This document shows positions 10,301-21,800 of a stretch of 64,000 nt of DNA, piece by piece. Made by a program: the position numbers and the translations under genes. Under the pieces are notes generated by a model. That model was not told the origin of the DNA. It did not search any database and was given only the letters and a program-made list of their open reading frames with translations. How positions within the stretch are numbered: the stretch's first letter is position 1; every line of letters begins with the position of its first letter. Source of the stretch: Podarcis bocagei (lineage: Eukaryota); NCBI GenBank assembly GCA_964188305.1, contig OZ076901.1; one strand, written 5' to 3'.

Positions 10301-13300
10301 CCATGGAGGAGAGGAAGGGACTGACCACAGGCACCCACTCACCTGGTAGAGCTGCTCATTGGCTAATAGGGTCTGCTTGTCAGAAGCTGCAAAGTCAAAA
10401 CAGGAAATTTCAGGATGACTCCAAATGGGTGATTAACACAATTAAAAATTAAATATACCAGGTATGGGAGCGTGGATGCCAACATGGACATTGCTCCCTG
10501 TTTCAAGGCTGTTTCCCCATCTCCCAGGAACTGCCTGTCCCCCAATGCTCACCCTGAGACCGTCGGCCCGGCTCCCCCGCGGCAATGCAGTACACGCCAA
10601 CAGCCAGGAAAAATGTAGCCACGATGCTGGCCAGCAGAATCCCCATGATCGCGGCAACGTCCAGACGAATACAATTCTGGCACACTGTGTCAAGAGGGAG
10701 AGAACTCAACATGCATCCTATGCTCACAAGCACACCTGAGTTTTGTCCACATGTGGCTTGATTTGAATAGAATATGCCTCTGAGCACATGGAAACTGTAC
10801 TAATTTTGATGTTTGCCACCCTGGGCTCCTTTGGGGGGAACGGGCAGGATAGAAATTTAATAAACGACAAGAATAATCAATACAGTGGTACATCGGGTTG
10901 CAGATGCTCCAGGTTACAGACGCTTCAGGTTACAGACTCTGCTAACCCAGAAATAGTACCTCGGGTTAAGAACTTTGCTTCAGGATGAGAACAGAAATCG
11001 TGCAGCAGCGGCGCAGCGGGAGGCCCCATTAGCTAAAGTGGTGCTTCAGGTTAAGAATAGTTTCAGGTTAAGAACGGACCTCTAGAACAAATTAAGTTCT
11101 TAACTTCAGGTACCACTGTAAATGGATGGTCCCTCGCCACTGAGTGACTAGAAACAACCAGCACTTTTGTGGGGTGGTGAATGCAGGGGTATGTATACCC
11201 CTAAACATTTTGTGAATCTTTGTACTTTTGTCCATTTACTGTATTTATTTCCCCCGATTTGAACTATAAAATGGTGATTTTCTGGAGTCAAAATGAGAGT
11301 AACCCTAAACATTTTTTGTTTGTTTGTTTTGAAAAAAAGCACTGGAAACAGCCATTTGCCATCTGGGACTAGATGAAAAGCACTTCTGCTTGTAGGGTGG
11401 GTTTTCTAGCTAAACACAACTTCTAACATCCAAACAGCCCATCAACCCAACAAAACAAACCCCGGAGCCCAGGGACTGTTGCTGCACCACAACCAGCAGA
11501 GAGACCTGCGCAATATGCTTAGCAGGATACTTACCACTAACAAAAGAACAAGCCAGCCGAGAGGCTTAAAAGTGGAACAGAAACAAATTTTGTCACTCAA
11601 AATTCTCATCTGAAAAGTATTCTAAGTTTGATGTCATTGTGTGACATCCAATGATATTTGATATTTGATTTCAGCTTCTTTAAAAAATGAAATCACAGTC
11701 AGATCTGATGTGAGCAAAGGCATTTAGTATTTGACAGCTCCCATGAATGCTGCCAATGGCGTCTGAGATCTTCCATGCAACAGCAGGTAGTAAGATGTTT
11801 GCTTTTGAAATAAGATTGTTCATTTAATTTAACCAATTACGGTAATTAGGAAACAAGCCCCAGAAAAAGATAGTACTCTCTACCATATGCGGTGATCTTG
11901 TAAGAGAGTAAAAGCTTTATGGGAAATGATTTATAACGAATTTTAACAAAAAAACAGAAGCTTTTCTTTTAGGGATAGTAGATAGTGAGATACCAAAAGA
12001 CCCCCCCAAAATTGTTTATGTATGCTACGACTGCAGCTAGAATGGTTTTTGCCCAGAGAGGGAAAGAAGCTGTAGTACCAACCCTGGAAAAGTGGCTAAT
12101 TAAATTAATGGATTATTTTGAACTGTCAAGGTTAACGTGTGTAATAAGAAACTTATTTCCTGTCCCTTCACATGGGGGAGGAAGGGCTCACGCACTTCGG
12201 ACGAACACCTGAAGACGTGTGCTATTGCACTCGAAGACACCTCTCGGGTCATCCAGGATGTCACCCAAAGACAGGCTAGAGTTTCCGTGGTTTAATGCAT
12301 TCCCATCTTTCTTCCAGCTTATTGGGAGGTTTTTATCCTCCGCTTCGCAGTAGAGGACAATGTTATTCTTTTGCTGCTTCACCGTGATGGAATCCTCAGC
12401 AATACCTATGAGGAAGGAATGACAAGGTGGAGGAAAACACCCGAACAGAGCCCTTGGGTCCATCTAGCACTCAGAAGGACCCAAGATCAGCCACAGCTGG
12501 GATGCACGAAGGAAGACCACAACCGTAAGGTAAAGGCCCTTTCACAGGAACACTCATAAGTGATGAAAAACATGGACCATATTGCTTGTGCTGGAAGAGG
12601 AGGAAGCTACAGTGGTACCTCGGGTTACATACGCTTCAGGTTACAGACTCTGCTAACCCAGAAATATTACCTCGGCTAAAGAACTTTACTTCAGGATGAG
12701 AACAGAAATTGTGTAGCAGCAGCGCGGCGGCAGCGGGAGGCCCCATTAGCTAAAGTGGTGCTTCAGGTAAGAACAGTTTCAGGTTAAGAACAGACCTCCA
12801 GAACAAATTAAGTTCTTAACCTGAGGTACCACAGCACTAAGCTGACTCCCTCCTGCAATGCAGGAATATACAGCTGTCCCATATGGGGATCAAACCTGCA
12901 ACCCTGGCGTTATCAGCACCATGCTCTAACCAACTGAGCTATGAAGAAAGGTAAGTCATTCCACTATCCAATAAAAGAGGGAGGGAATTACGTTAAGTTG
13001 TGCCAATAGTCAGCCACAACATTGCGCTACTTCACCCACTTCTGAAACAGAAACACGACCTTTTAAATGTTTTGTGGGAAGGGGCTTATTGGTGTCAAGG
13101 AGTGGTAACGATGCCCACATCTGGACACAGACGTCAGGACAATGTCTGCAACCCAGACACAAACAACTGCATCTTCCCACTGCAAAACAATGGAAGCAAT
13201 CACTCGGTGTTCAGCAGCAGTGGCAGAATGAAAAGGACAAATACCACACTAGGGACAGCTAGGAAAGGGACTGACAATAAGATGGACACAGCATTGTGTA

Positions 13301-13573
13301 AATCTACAGTGTGGCTGCATTTGAACTACTGGCTGCCACATCTCGATAAGAACACCAAAGAGCTAAAAAAAAAAGTGGGGCAGCCAAAATGAGTAAGAGA
13401 CCAGAACCCCCTCTGTCACAAGGAAAAGCTAATGTGTTTGTGGTGTCTTAGTTTTAAAAAAATGATGATGGGGAGAAGGGACATGATTGAGGTTTATGAA
13501 ATTATGCACATTGGACAGAGAAAAGTCTGCTTCTGCTCCTCTCTCTCATACAAACACACACAGACACTCACAC

Positions 13574-13649
<76 letters not shown>

Positions 13650-14259
13650 CTACAACCCAGAGTCGTACAATGAAGTGGAAGAGTGGGACATTCATCAGAG
13701 AGGGAGAGGGAGAGAGACGCAGATGAATATATTTCTTGTGGAATTCTCTGGTACAAGATGTGGTGATGACAGCTATTATTAACGTAGATTGGCGATTGAT
13801 CCTGATGGCCAAATGGAAGCTGTCTCCTGTGGTTGGTGGTTCTGCTTTATCCTCTGAACAAGGCACTGACATTTCATAGGGTCCAACAATAAGAGTCCAG
13901 CCAGTAAGACCTGATGCCTTTCAGGGTGGGACACAGAAGGTAAATGTGGCGAGCATCTTCTTTTCAAGCATTTGATACATACAGGTTTTGGGAAGCGTTT
14001 AAGAGCACAATTACAGGCAAAAATAATATGGGAAAGGATCTGTCAATGAACATTTTAAGGTGAATTGGTTAGTTGCCTCTCTTTGTCTTCCCACTCAAGG
14101 ACCCAACTTCTTCACTTTTCTGTCTTTGTTCCCCCACCTCCACAAATGTCAGGTCCTTTCCTGAGGCTGGACTCAAGGGCCTTTGAGCGAGGTCCTACCT
14201 TTGGAGAAGAGCAATCCAAAGAGGAAGGTTGCACACAAGAGATGCTGGCTGCGTCCCAT
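7344..14259 (-). CDS. CD3D: T-cell surface glycoprotein CD3 gamma/delta chain (single non-mammalian CD3G/CD3D co-ortholog); coding exons 14259-14199, 12405-12196, 10684-10553, 10386-10343, 7409-7344 (170 aa)
   Basis: Spliced translation: MGRSQHLLCATFLFGLLFSKGIAEDSITVKQQKNNIVLYCEAEDKNLPISWKKDG...[100 protein letters not shown]. It has the DPRG Ig motif, the RMCQNC stalk, the SDKQTLL di-leucine motif and the ITAM YQPL-x7-YSHI. The 132-nt and 44-nt exons match CD3D/G gene structure, and its position and orientation match CD3D. Confidence 0.93.
8858..9099 (+). mobile_element. Tc1/mariner-pogo (Tigger-like) MITE, copy 1
   Basis: TA|CAGTGGTACCTC ... GAGGTACCACTG|TA terminal inverted repeats with TA target duplication. 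Confidence 0.88.
9216..9699. mobile_element. hAT-superfamily non-autonomous element with CpG-rich interior
   Basis: TIRs CAGTGTTTCCCAACC / GGTTGGGAAACACTG and a perfect 8-bp TSD GCCTAGAC (9208-9215, 9700-9707). Confidence 0.9.
10883..11118 (+). mobile_element. Tigger-like MITE, copy 2
   Basis: Same TIRs, TA TSD and internal sequence as copy 1. Confidence 0.88.
11870..12150 (+). mobile_element. Degraded L1-clade LINE ORF2 C-terminal fragment
   Basis: The translation LFMYATTAARMVFAQ.GK...PTLEKWLIKLMDYFEL resembles the C-terminus of squamate L1 ORF2. It is frameshifted. Confidence 0.55.
12610..12834 (+). mobile_element. Tigger-like MITE, copy 3 (right TIR slightly degenerate)
   Basis: TA|CAGTGGTACCTCGGG ... 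GAGGTACCACAG. Confidence 0.85.
12838..12942 (-). mobile_element. tRNA-derived SINE fragment (tRNA head + CR1-like tail)
   Basis: Reverse strand reads ATAGCTCAGTTGGTTAGAGCATGGTGCTGATAACGCCAGGGTTGCAGGTTTGATCCCC...ATTCCTGCATTGCAGG. Confidence 0.65.
13577..13647. repeat. (CT)n(CA)n compound microsatellite inside an old CR1-like fragment
   Basis: Read directly from the sequence. Confidence 0.9.
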
Positions 14260-15760
14260 GACCCTTCTTCAGAGTGTGTGTTGATAACCCGCTTATTCTT
14301 TCCCTTGAAATGAAATTGCTCACTTTGCAAAAAGACACCCACAAAGAAGTGCCCTTTGCTCAGTGCTGTGCTGAGCTGGATATGAAAGTAGAAGAAAACA
14401 TCTCTGTAGTCAGCCAGGAACAGGAAACCTGTGGGTGGGAGGCCTCTCTGTCCCCACTGTGCATGGAAATGAATGAGTGAATAGATGTTAAGAAAGAGTA
14501 CAATTTCCGAAGAGAATTACAGGGGAGGGGGGGTGCTCTTGTGTTTGAGTCCTGCTTGAGGGTTTCTCACAGGCAGGTAGGATTGTATGTGAATAGGATG
14601 CTGGACTTGAAAGGCCATTGATCTAATCCAGCAGCCTCTTCTTATGTTCTTAAATGGAAGGAAATAGCCTGCAGAACATGGAAATTTAACTGATTCCTCA
14701 CCACACACTATTTCCCCCCCACTACCAGATCTGCCAACTTCATGAACTGTTGTCTAGAGAAATTGTGTACTTGCTAGGGGTGGCATGCAGCCATCACACC
14801 ATCAGAGGGTGGGTATTTTGGTGGGGCCAATGGTGAGGTGAATCCTGGAAACCTGAAACAGCCGCTGGCAGAAAATGACAATTGTGGGCCGGGGCTGGGC
14901 GGGATATAACTTCCACTGTGGCATTACAAAGCACTGTCTAGTATATGAGAAAGATAGATTGCATCGCAGGGTTGTTGTATAATTCCCCCTCTCCTCTCCA
15001 TTGGATAGGGCGGTTTTCTCCATGTCCTGTGTGTAGGCTTCCCAAGAAGGCATCTGGTTGATGACTGTGGAAAACAGGAGGCTGAATAAGATGGATCCCC
15101 ATTGGGGCTGGACCAGCGACACAGCTCTACTTAAGTTTGGCCACAGCTCTCATACTGCAACATGGAGATAATACTTGTGGATTTGATTTTCATTTCTGAA
15201 ATATTTTAAAGAACCATTTAAAACTGCATTGATTTTTCACAAGAATATCTGAGTATGAAACAGAATGAACTCGGCTGCAATGCTAGAACAGATATACAGA
15301 TATAGAAAGAGTGTGTATGAACTTCCACCACCACTTCTATATGTGTGGGCAGCGGGTAAGGATGGATATGCTGCTGTCCAAACAGAGCTACACAAAAGCA
15401 AAGCAAAACTGGATCTCTAGCCATTGTTTCATATGAACAGCTGTCACTTTTACCTTGGTGGACAAAGTGGGAAAGCAAGGCTTCAAATACAGCCAGGAAG
15501 TCCCGCCTTCAGAAACGTGAACGGTCAGTCTGATCCTATTACAGAGCTACGATTTCAAAGTGTTTTCAGTTTAAAGAACCTTAAGAGCAGTTATTGAGCT
15601 TCTGTAGCATCGGTTGCAAGCAAAAAGCAACGAAGAGGCCCGTGGCTCCTCGTGTTCCAACAAATATCCTTATGCTATAATCTTTCGGGGGCAAGAGGCC
15701 ACTTCCTCGGATGCATCACCCTCAGTTGCAATTGCAGGGATATGAAACACACATCATCAT

Positions 15761-15856
15761 ATATATAAATTTTTATTTTTTTAACATATCATTTTCAACA
15801 GTAATTAAACATACTTTTACATCTTATTCAAATTTTTGACTTCCATCAATCCTGTC
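15761..15856 (-). mobile_element. Short 5'-truncated retroposon insertion with 18-bp TSD
   Basis: TGAAACACACATCATCAT at 15743-15760 and 15857-15874 flanks a 96-bp AT-rich insert with a T-rich left end. Confidence 0.65.
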
Positions 15857-16079
15857 TGAAACACACATCATCATGGCTGTAAGCGGAGGCGGGGGACGAC
15901 TTGTGTCCAGGGAAGCTGCCATTCTTAGGAGAGCTGTTGCGAGTCAGAGGGGGCGATTTCTCCCTCCCAGCTGTCCCTATTCAGAGCAAACGGCCCTGCA
16001 AGCCTTTCACGAGATGTGATCCTTCGGCCACAGCCCCCTCTCTACAACTTGCGGCATGAGGACGGCAGAATGTACAGTA

Positions 16080-16292
16080 CAGTGGTACCTCAGGTAAATA
16101 CTCAATTCGTTCCGGAGGTCCGTACTTAACCTGAAACTGTTCTTAACCTGAAGCACCACTTTAGCTAATGGGGCCTCCTGCTGCCGCTGCACGATTTTGT
16201 TCTCATCCTGAAGCAAAGTTCTTAACCTGAAGCACTATTTCTGGATTAGCGGAGTGTGTAACCTGAAGCGTATGTAACCCGAGGTACCACTG
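16080..16292 (-). mobile_element. Tigger-like MITE, copy 4
   Basis: Same family in the opposite orientation, TA-flanked. Confidence 0.88.
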
Positions 16293-16479
16293 TATTTGTT
16301 TTGGAACTGGTGTTGGCTAATTTTGCAAATACTGGCGCTTACGGGTGGCAGGTTGTGGGAGAAGCAAACGTTTCCTACGAGGCGACACTCGGGTCTTCTG
16401 CTACCTTCGGGGCGCAGTGCAACGGATGGCTGCTGCCCAGCCAACAGCTGTATTAAAAAGCTTGGAGTTTACACATCTC

Positions 16480-17250
16480 AAAACGGGAAATAGGAAGCGA
16501 GCTAAGAACACAACCACGTAGTCCTCTTTTACTTTTTCCTATCTCTGTGGCTCTAATTTCTCTCTCTCCCCCGCCCCGCCCCGCCCCATGCGTTTCCGCC
16601 TCCCCTTCTTCCATTGGTGGGGCCCGCTTCCGACCCTGTAGGATGACGTGTTGGCGCGATCCAGTGGCGTCACGCGTTGTCAAGTTTACTGACTGGGAAG
16701 TGGTCTCGAAGCGGTCGCGGACCGGTAAGCAGGCGAAGAAGCGGCGGGTCCCGTCGCTGCGAGCCTTGGGCTGGAAGGGCCAGGCCAGGCCGGTGGGGTT
16801 GCCCTGGTTTGGGGGAGCCTTGGTGCGGTGCGGGTCGCTCGGCCCAGCCGGCAGGCCCTCCGTGCGCGGGAGCCGTCGTCACCGTCGCCTCCTGGCCCGG
16901 CGCTTCTGCCGCAGCTGCGGGTCACCAGCGTCGGGCCTTCCTAGGCTCCCTCCTCGGGCCCTGGAAAGAGGGCTTCTGAGGCGGCCTCTGAGGCCCTTCT
17001 CTCGCTTTGGTCCCCAGCCCTGGATGGAGTTCGCCTGGCGGGGAAATGACCGACCAGGAGAACAACAACAGTATCTCCAGTAACCCCTTCGCCGCCCTCT
17101 TCGGCTCCGTCGCCGACGCCAAGCACTTCGCCGAGATCCAGAAGCAGCAGCAACTGACGCCGCCCGTTGGTGAGAGGGGGAGAGGTGGCCTCTCTTTTGC
17201 GGGGGGGGGGGTTGACGCCCCTGGCCTAGGAAACATTGGGTCAGATCGAA
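16480..17250 (+). promoter_or_regulatory. UBE4A CpG-island promoter with short non-coding first exon (donor at 16725) and acceptor at 17017
   Basis: CpG-dense. Contains tandem GC boxes (16569-16587), ATTGG, ETS-like CTTCCG, CRE half-site TGACGT (16644) and E2F-like TTGGCGCG (16651). A CCG|gtaagc donor and a ccccag acceptor lie upstream of the ATG. Confidence 0.75.
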
Positions 17251-18787
17251 GGTTGAATCCCACGTGGAGGCATTGCTGAAAGCACTTGGCTGATCTTATC
17301 TGTACCCCCACCCCTCCCTGTCCTTATTTTAAACGACAGACCATTTTACCACCACCCCCAAAAGCTGGGCATCAGTAACCATAGATTGCAAAAACTAATC
17401 TGGATTTTAAGGAATTGGTGCGAAGAAGAATTGAATTAAAATGGATAAAAACTAGTAGGTGCTGAAATCCTCAGTTTTTCACTGGTTTAACCCCAGGCTC
17501 CCAAATGGAAGGGTTTTTCCTCTGCTTCAAGTTGTGCAAATCTTTGGAAGAGCAGAGAGAGTTCGTGGTGGTGGGATAGTCACTGAGGCAGTCTTTCTGT
17601 GTCTTGACTGGCCCAGCTAGCCAAACAAATTGTGTTTGGGTGATAAGGTATAAGTGGTGCCCATGTGGGGCTGGCAACCAGTCTCCATGCGTTTTCTAGA
17701 GGCGACAACAACATGTTTGTGATTTGTGGTAAGCTGACTTTGTGGCTGGTAGCTATATTTGCCTGATGCCTGACACCTTATCTATATTTACCTGATGCCT
17801 GACACCTTATCAAGAAGCCAAATCTGAGGCAAAGGCCATGCTGGTCCCTCCTTCTTCTTGACGCAGAGCCCTCCAGGGCAAAAGGCCAGGGTGCGTGGCT
17901 GGTGCCTGGTGGGGCCAAGTTAGGCTGCTTCTTAACTAGTTCTACTTCTCCAGTGGAGGAAACCTCGGCCAGCCAAGATGATTCTGACAACAGTGTGTCT
18001 GAAAGCCTGGATGATTGTGACTACTCCGTGGCTGAGATCAGCCGCTCATTCCGTTCCCAGCAGGAGCTCTGTGAGCAGCTCAACATCAACCACATGATCC
18101 AGAGAATCTTCCTGATCACACTTGACAACAGTGAGTATGGGGAGTTAGTTCCTGGGATCCAGACTAGGAGGAACTCTCAGTTATACTAGGATTTTTGCAG
18201 CTTCCTGAGAGTAGGGCTGCAGTATTCTATGGTGGCTGTAGACTCAACACAGATAATCTTCCACTTGTAGTTCCTTTTGCTGTACTATGTGCTGCAGAAT
18301 CTCCTAAAGAACTTGGCCGTGTGTGGTTTCTCTTACACTATGCTTGTCACTGTATAAATGCTTTCCTGACACATCAAGTGTGGTGGCAGGGAGTAGTGTT
18401 TCCTGTAATAGTGCTGCTCTATTCTGCTGCACAATGATTTGTGTGGGGCAAGAAAACCCCTCAAGCTTGGATCCCTATGTGCATCAGTTGCCTTAAAAGT
18501 CTCTCAAGAGTTCCAAAATGCTGGAATGGCTGTGTCCCTCCAGGCATGTTCTGTGCCACTGGCACTCAATAAAATAAAGCTTAAATCTCTCCCTTCCTCT
18601 TCCCCAGTGAACTGATAAAAATAAATTCTGCCTTTAGGAAAAATGAAGTTAACGTCTTCCAAACTAGGGGGGGGGTGTTATTGGGTTGTTGTTTTTATTT
18701 TGATTATATATTTTGTGGTTTTATATGTTGATTTTGTTCTATGAACCACCCTGAGACTTCTGGGTACAGGGCGGTATATAAATCCAA

Positions 18788-18864
<77 letters not shown>

Positions 18865-21800
18865 GGGGCGGGAGGATGATGTATGGGTTGGGGGCTTGGG
18901 CTTGTAGGGACACAGATTCATGCTTGTGGTGTTACTGATGTTGCTGGTTTGATGATTCCCAACCTGCAGGTGACCCCAATCTCAAAAGTGGCAATGGGAT
19001 TCCTGCACGCTGTGTGTACTTGGAGGAAATGGCAACAGACTTGGAGGATCAGGATTGGCTTGACATGGAGAATGTGGAGCAGGTATCTGTGCATATGCAA
19101 ATGCAGTTGATTTTTCTGCCCGACTGAGGGCTTGGCAGAGCGTCCGTGAGCCTTGGTGAAGGATGCAGGCTTTGCCCTTCAGGACACACTGTTCTCTGTG
19201 CTGATGTTCTTGAAGGACCCTTCAGCTGGATCAGTCTTGTGAATGGAAGACATTTGCCTTCTTTCCTTTTGTAGTGCTCACTTTATAGAGCAAGGCTGAC
19301 TAACCTATGGACCTGCAAATGTTGTTAGACTTTAGCTTGAATAATCCTCAACCACTAGCCATACTGGTTTGGGGCTGATGGGAGTTATAGTCCAACAACA
19401 TCTGGAGGGGCACAAGTTAGCCACCCCTGTTCTAGAGCCACCAATGTTGCATTTTGGACTTTTTGTTTAATCAAGCAGACTTGTCTGACCTGGGTGCCTG
19501 AATCCTATCACCCATTTGCTTACAGCTCATGATCAAGTGGGTGAAGGATCTGGCCTTAGACACAGAAGTTGTCTTGGATGACCTTCTGGTCTTACTGTTT
19601 GTTTTTGATACATAGTTGGGCACTTGCTCTCTGTGGCTGGTGGGTGGGCAGGGTTGTGTACTGACCATTTATGTCTGGCTTGGCATGTCTCTCCAGGCTC
19701 TCTTTACCCGGCTACTCCTCCCTGAACCAGGGAATCACCTGATTCACATGACCTCGGCTGGCATACAGAATCTATCAGCTGAAAGAGATGCAGGGGAGAA
19801 GCACATATTTCGCTACCTCTTTGCCAGCTTCCAGAGGGCAAAGGAGGAGGTGGGTCAACGCCCCACATCCCTGTCAGCAAGTCTGACTGCCTGAGCAGAG
19901 CAGCCCAGCAGACCAGAGACAAAGTGCTCTCCTCTGTTCTCCTAGATTACCAAAGTGCCAGAGAACCTGTTGCCCTTTGCCATGCGCTGCCGAAACCTTT
20001 CTGTGTCCAACACTCGCACGGTCCTCCTCACCCCGGAGATCTATATCAACCAAAATGTCTACGAGCAGCTAGTGGACTTGATGCTGGAGTCCCTTAGAGG
20101 AGCCCGTAAGTTACAGAGGCAGAGCTGGGCACCCTAGAAGAAGATAATGGGCTACAACTGCAGGAGGTCCCTCAAAGATACCCCACCTTTTTATTATAGT
20201 TGTGAATGTGTTGGGGTGTCTGTATCCTTCTATGAGAATGCATAAAGGATTGGTGTTCACTTCTCTCCTACTCTCTTACTGTAGGCTTTGAAGATGTAAC
20301 TGAGTTCCTGGAGGAAGTCATAGAAGGCCTCACTATGGATGAGGAAGTGAAGACCTTTGAGGAAGTAATGGTGCCTGTCTTTGATATCCTCTTGGGACGG
20401 ATCCGAGAGCTGCACCTTTGCCAGATCCTGCTCTACTCCTACCTGGACATGCTCCTGTACTTCACTAGGCAGAAAGATATAGCAAAAGTGAGCATTTGGC
20501 TAGCCTCTTCAGAGTGCCAGGGAGCAGCAAAGCAATCAGCCATGGCCATTTTCAGCTTCCCTCCTGGGCAGAGGGGTAGTTGCTTGTTCTCTTCACTGTG
20601 AAGGAAGCATGGCCTTCCTGATTCTGTGCTGCGGTTGCAACATGCATCAATGATGGGCTGGCCAATATGGCAGAGCCATCATTCCATAAAAGGGTGTCCT
20701 TCATTCCACTACTTACGTCGGGGCTTTACCTGTACTGGCTGACCAGCAGTACCTTCTATTTCTGTTTGTTCAGGTTTTTGTAGAGTACATCCAGCCAAAG
20801 GACCCAGCCAATGGGCAGCTCTACCAGAAGACTTTGCTGGGAGCTATCTTGAGCATCTCATGCTTGTTGAAGACCCCAGGTGTGGTAGAGAACCATGATT
20901 ACTTCTTGAATCCCTCTCGGTCCAGTCCTCAGGAGATCAAGGTGCAGGAATCCAACATCCATCAGGTGTGTGGAGGTGCACATTTCATACCAGTGTAGCT
21001 TAACCAGGCAGAGTAGAGGGGACAGCGGCGGAAAATGACAACTTCTGTCTCTTAAATTTATCTCCCTAGTGTGATTTGGTGGGTTCTTGGTTGTTCCTTA
21101 AGTCACAGATTGTCAACATCAAAGTATAGTGAAAACCTCTGCAGGAAATTCATGATGCTTGGGGTATTTGAGAAGACCAAGACCCATTAACTGCTGAAAG
21201 TTAAGGCATTTAGGAGAGAGGAGGCATAGCTCAGTGGGTAGAGCACAGATACTGCATGTGGAAGTTCCCAGTTTAAGTTGACTGAGCAAGTATGTGTGTT
21301 GTACACATCTTAAGACTTCTGATGTTTTGGTAACAGTTCATGGCTCAGTTCCATGAGAAGATCTACCAGATGCTCAAGAACCTGCTGCAGCTATCACCAC
21401 AAACAAAGCACCGAATCCTGTCCTGGCTGGGAAACTGTCTCCATGCTAATGCAGGCCGCACGAAGATATGGGCCAACCAGATGCCAGAGATTTTCTTCCA
21501 GATGTATGCCTCGGATGCCTTCTTCCTGAACTTGGGGGCCGCCCTCCTCAGGCTATGCCAGCCCTTTTGTAAGCCCAGATCGCCCCGGCTCCTCACATTT
21601 GACCCTACCTACTGTGCACTGAAAGAGCTGAATGAGGAAGAGCAGCGGAGCAAGAATGTGCATATGAAAGGTGAGCCACGACTTGGCAGGTGCCCAAATC
21701 TTGTCCTCATACTCTTGGCAAGGCAGCCTGTAAGGGAGGAGGCTGCTGGCCAAGGGCAGAGGAAGAGCTGGAGGAAACCAGAGTGCTCCCATTGGCTCTG

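Noticed and set aside
15940-15957. CTCF-like AGAGGGGGCG between CD3 gamma/delta and UBE4A
   Set aside because: Only the 3' half of the consensus matches.
14300-16480. Possible separate CD3G gene as in mammals
   Set aside because: No Ig, CxxC, TM or ITAM-coding exon found on either strand.
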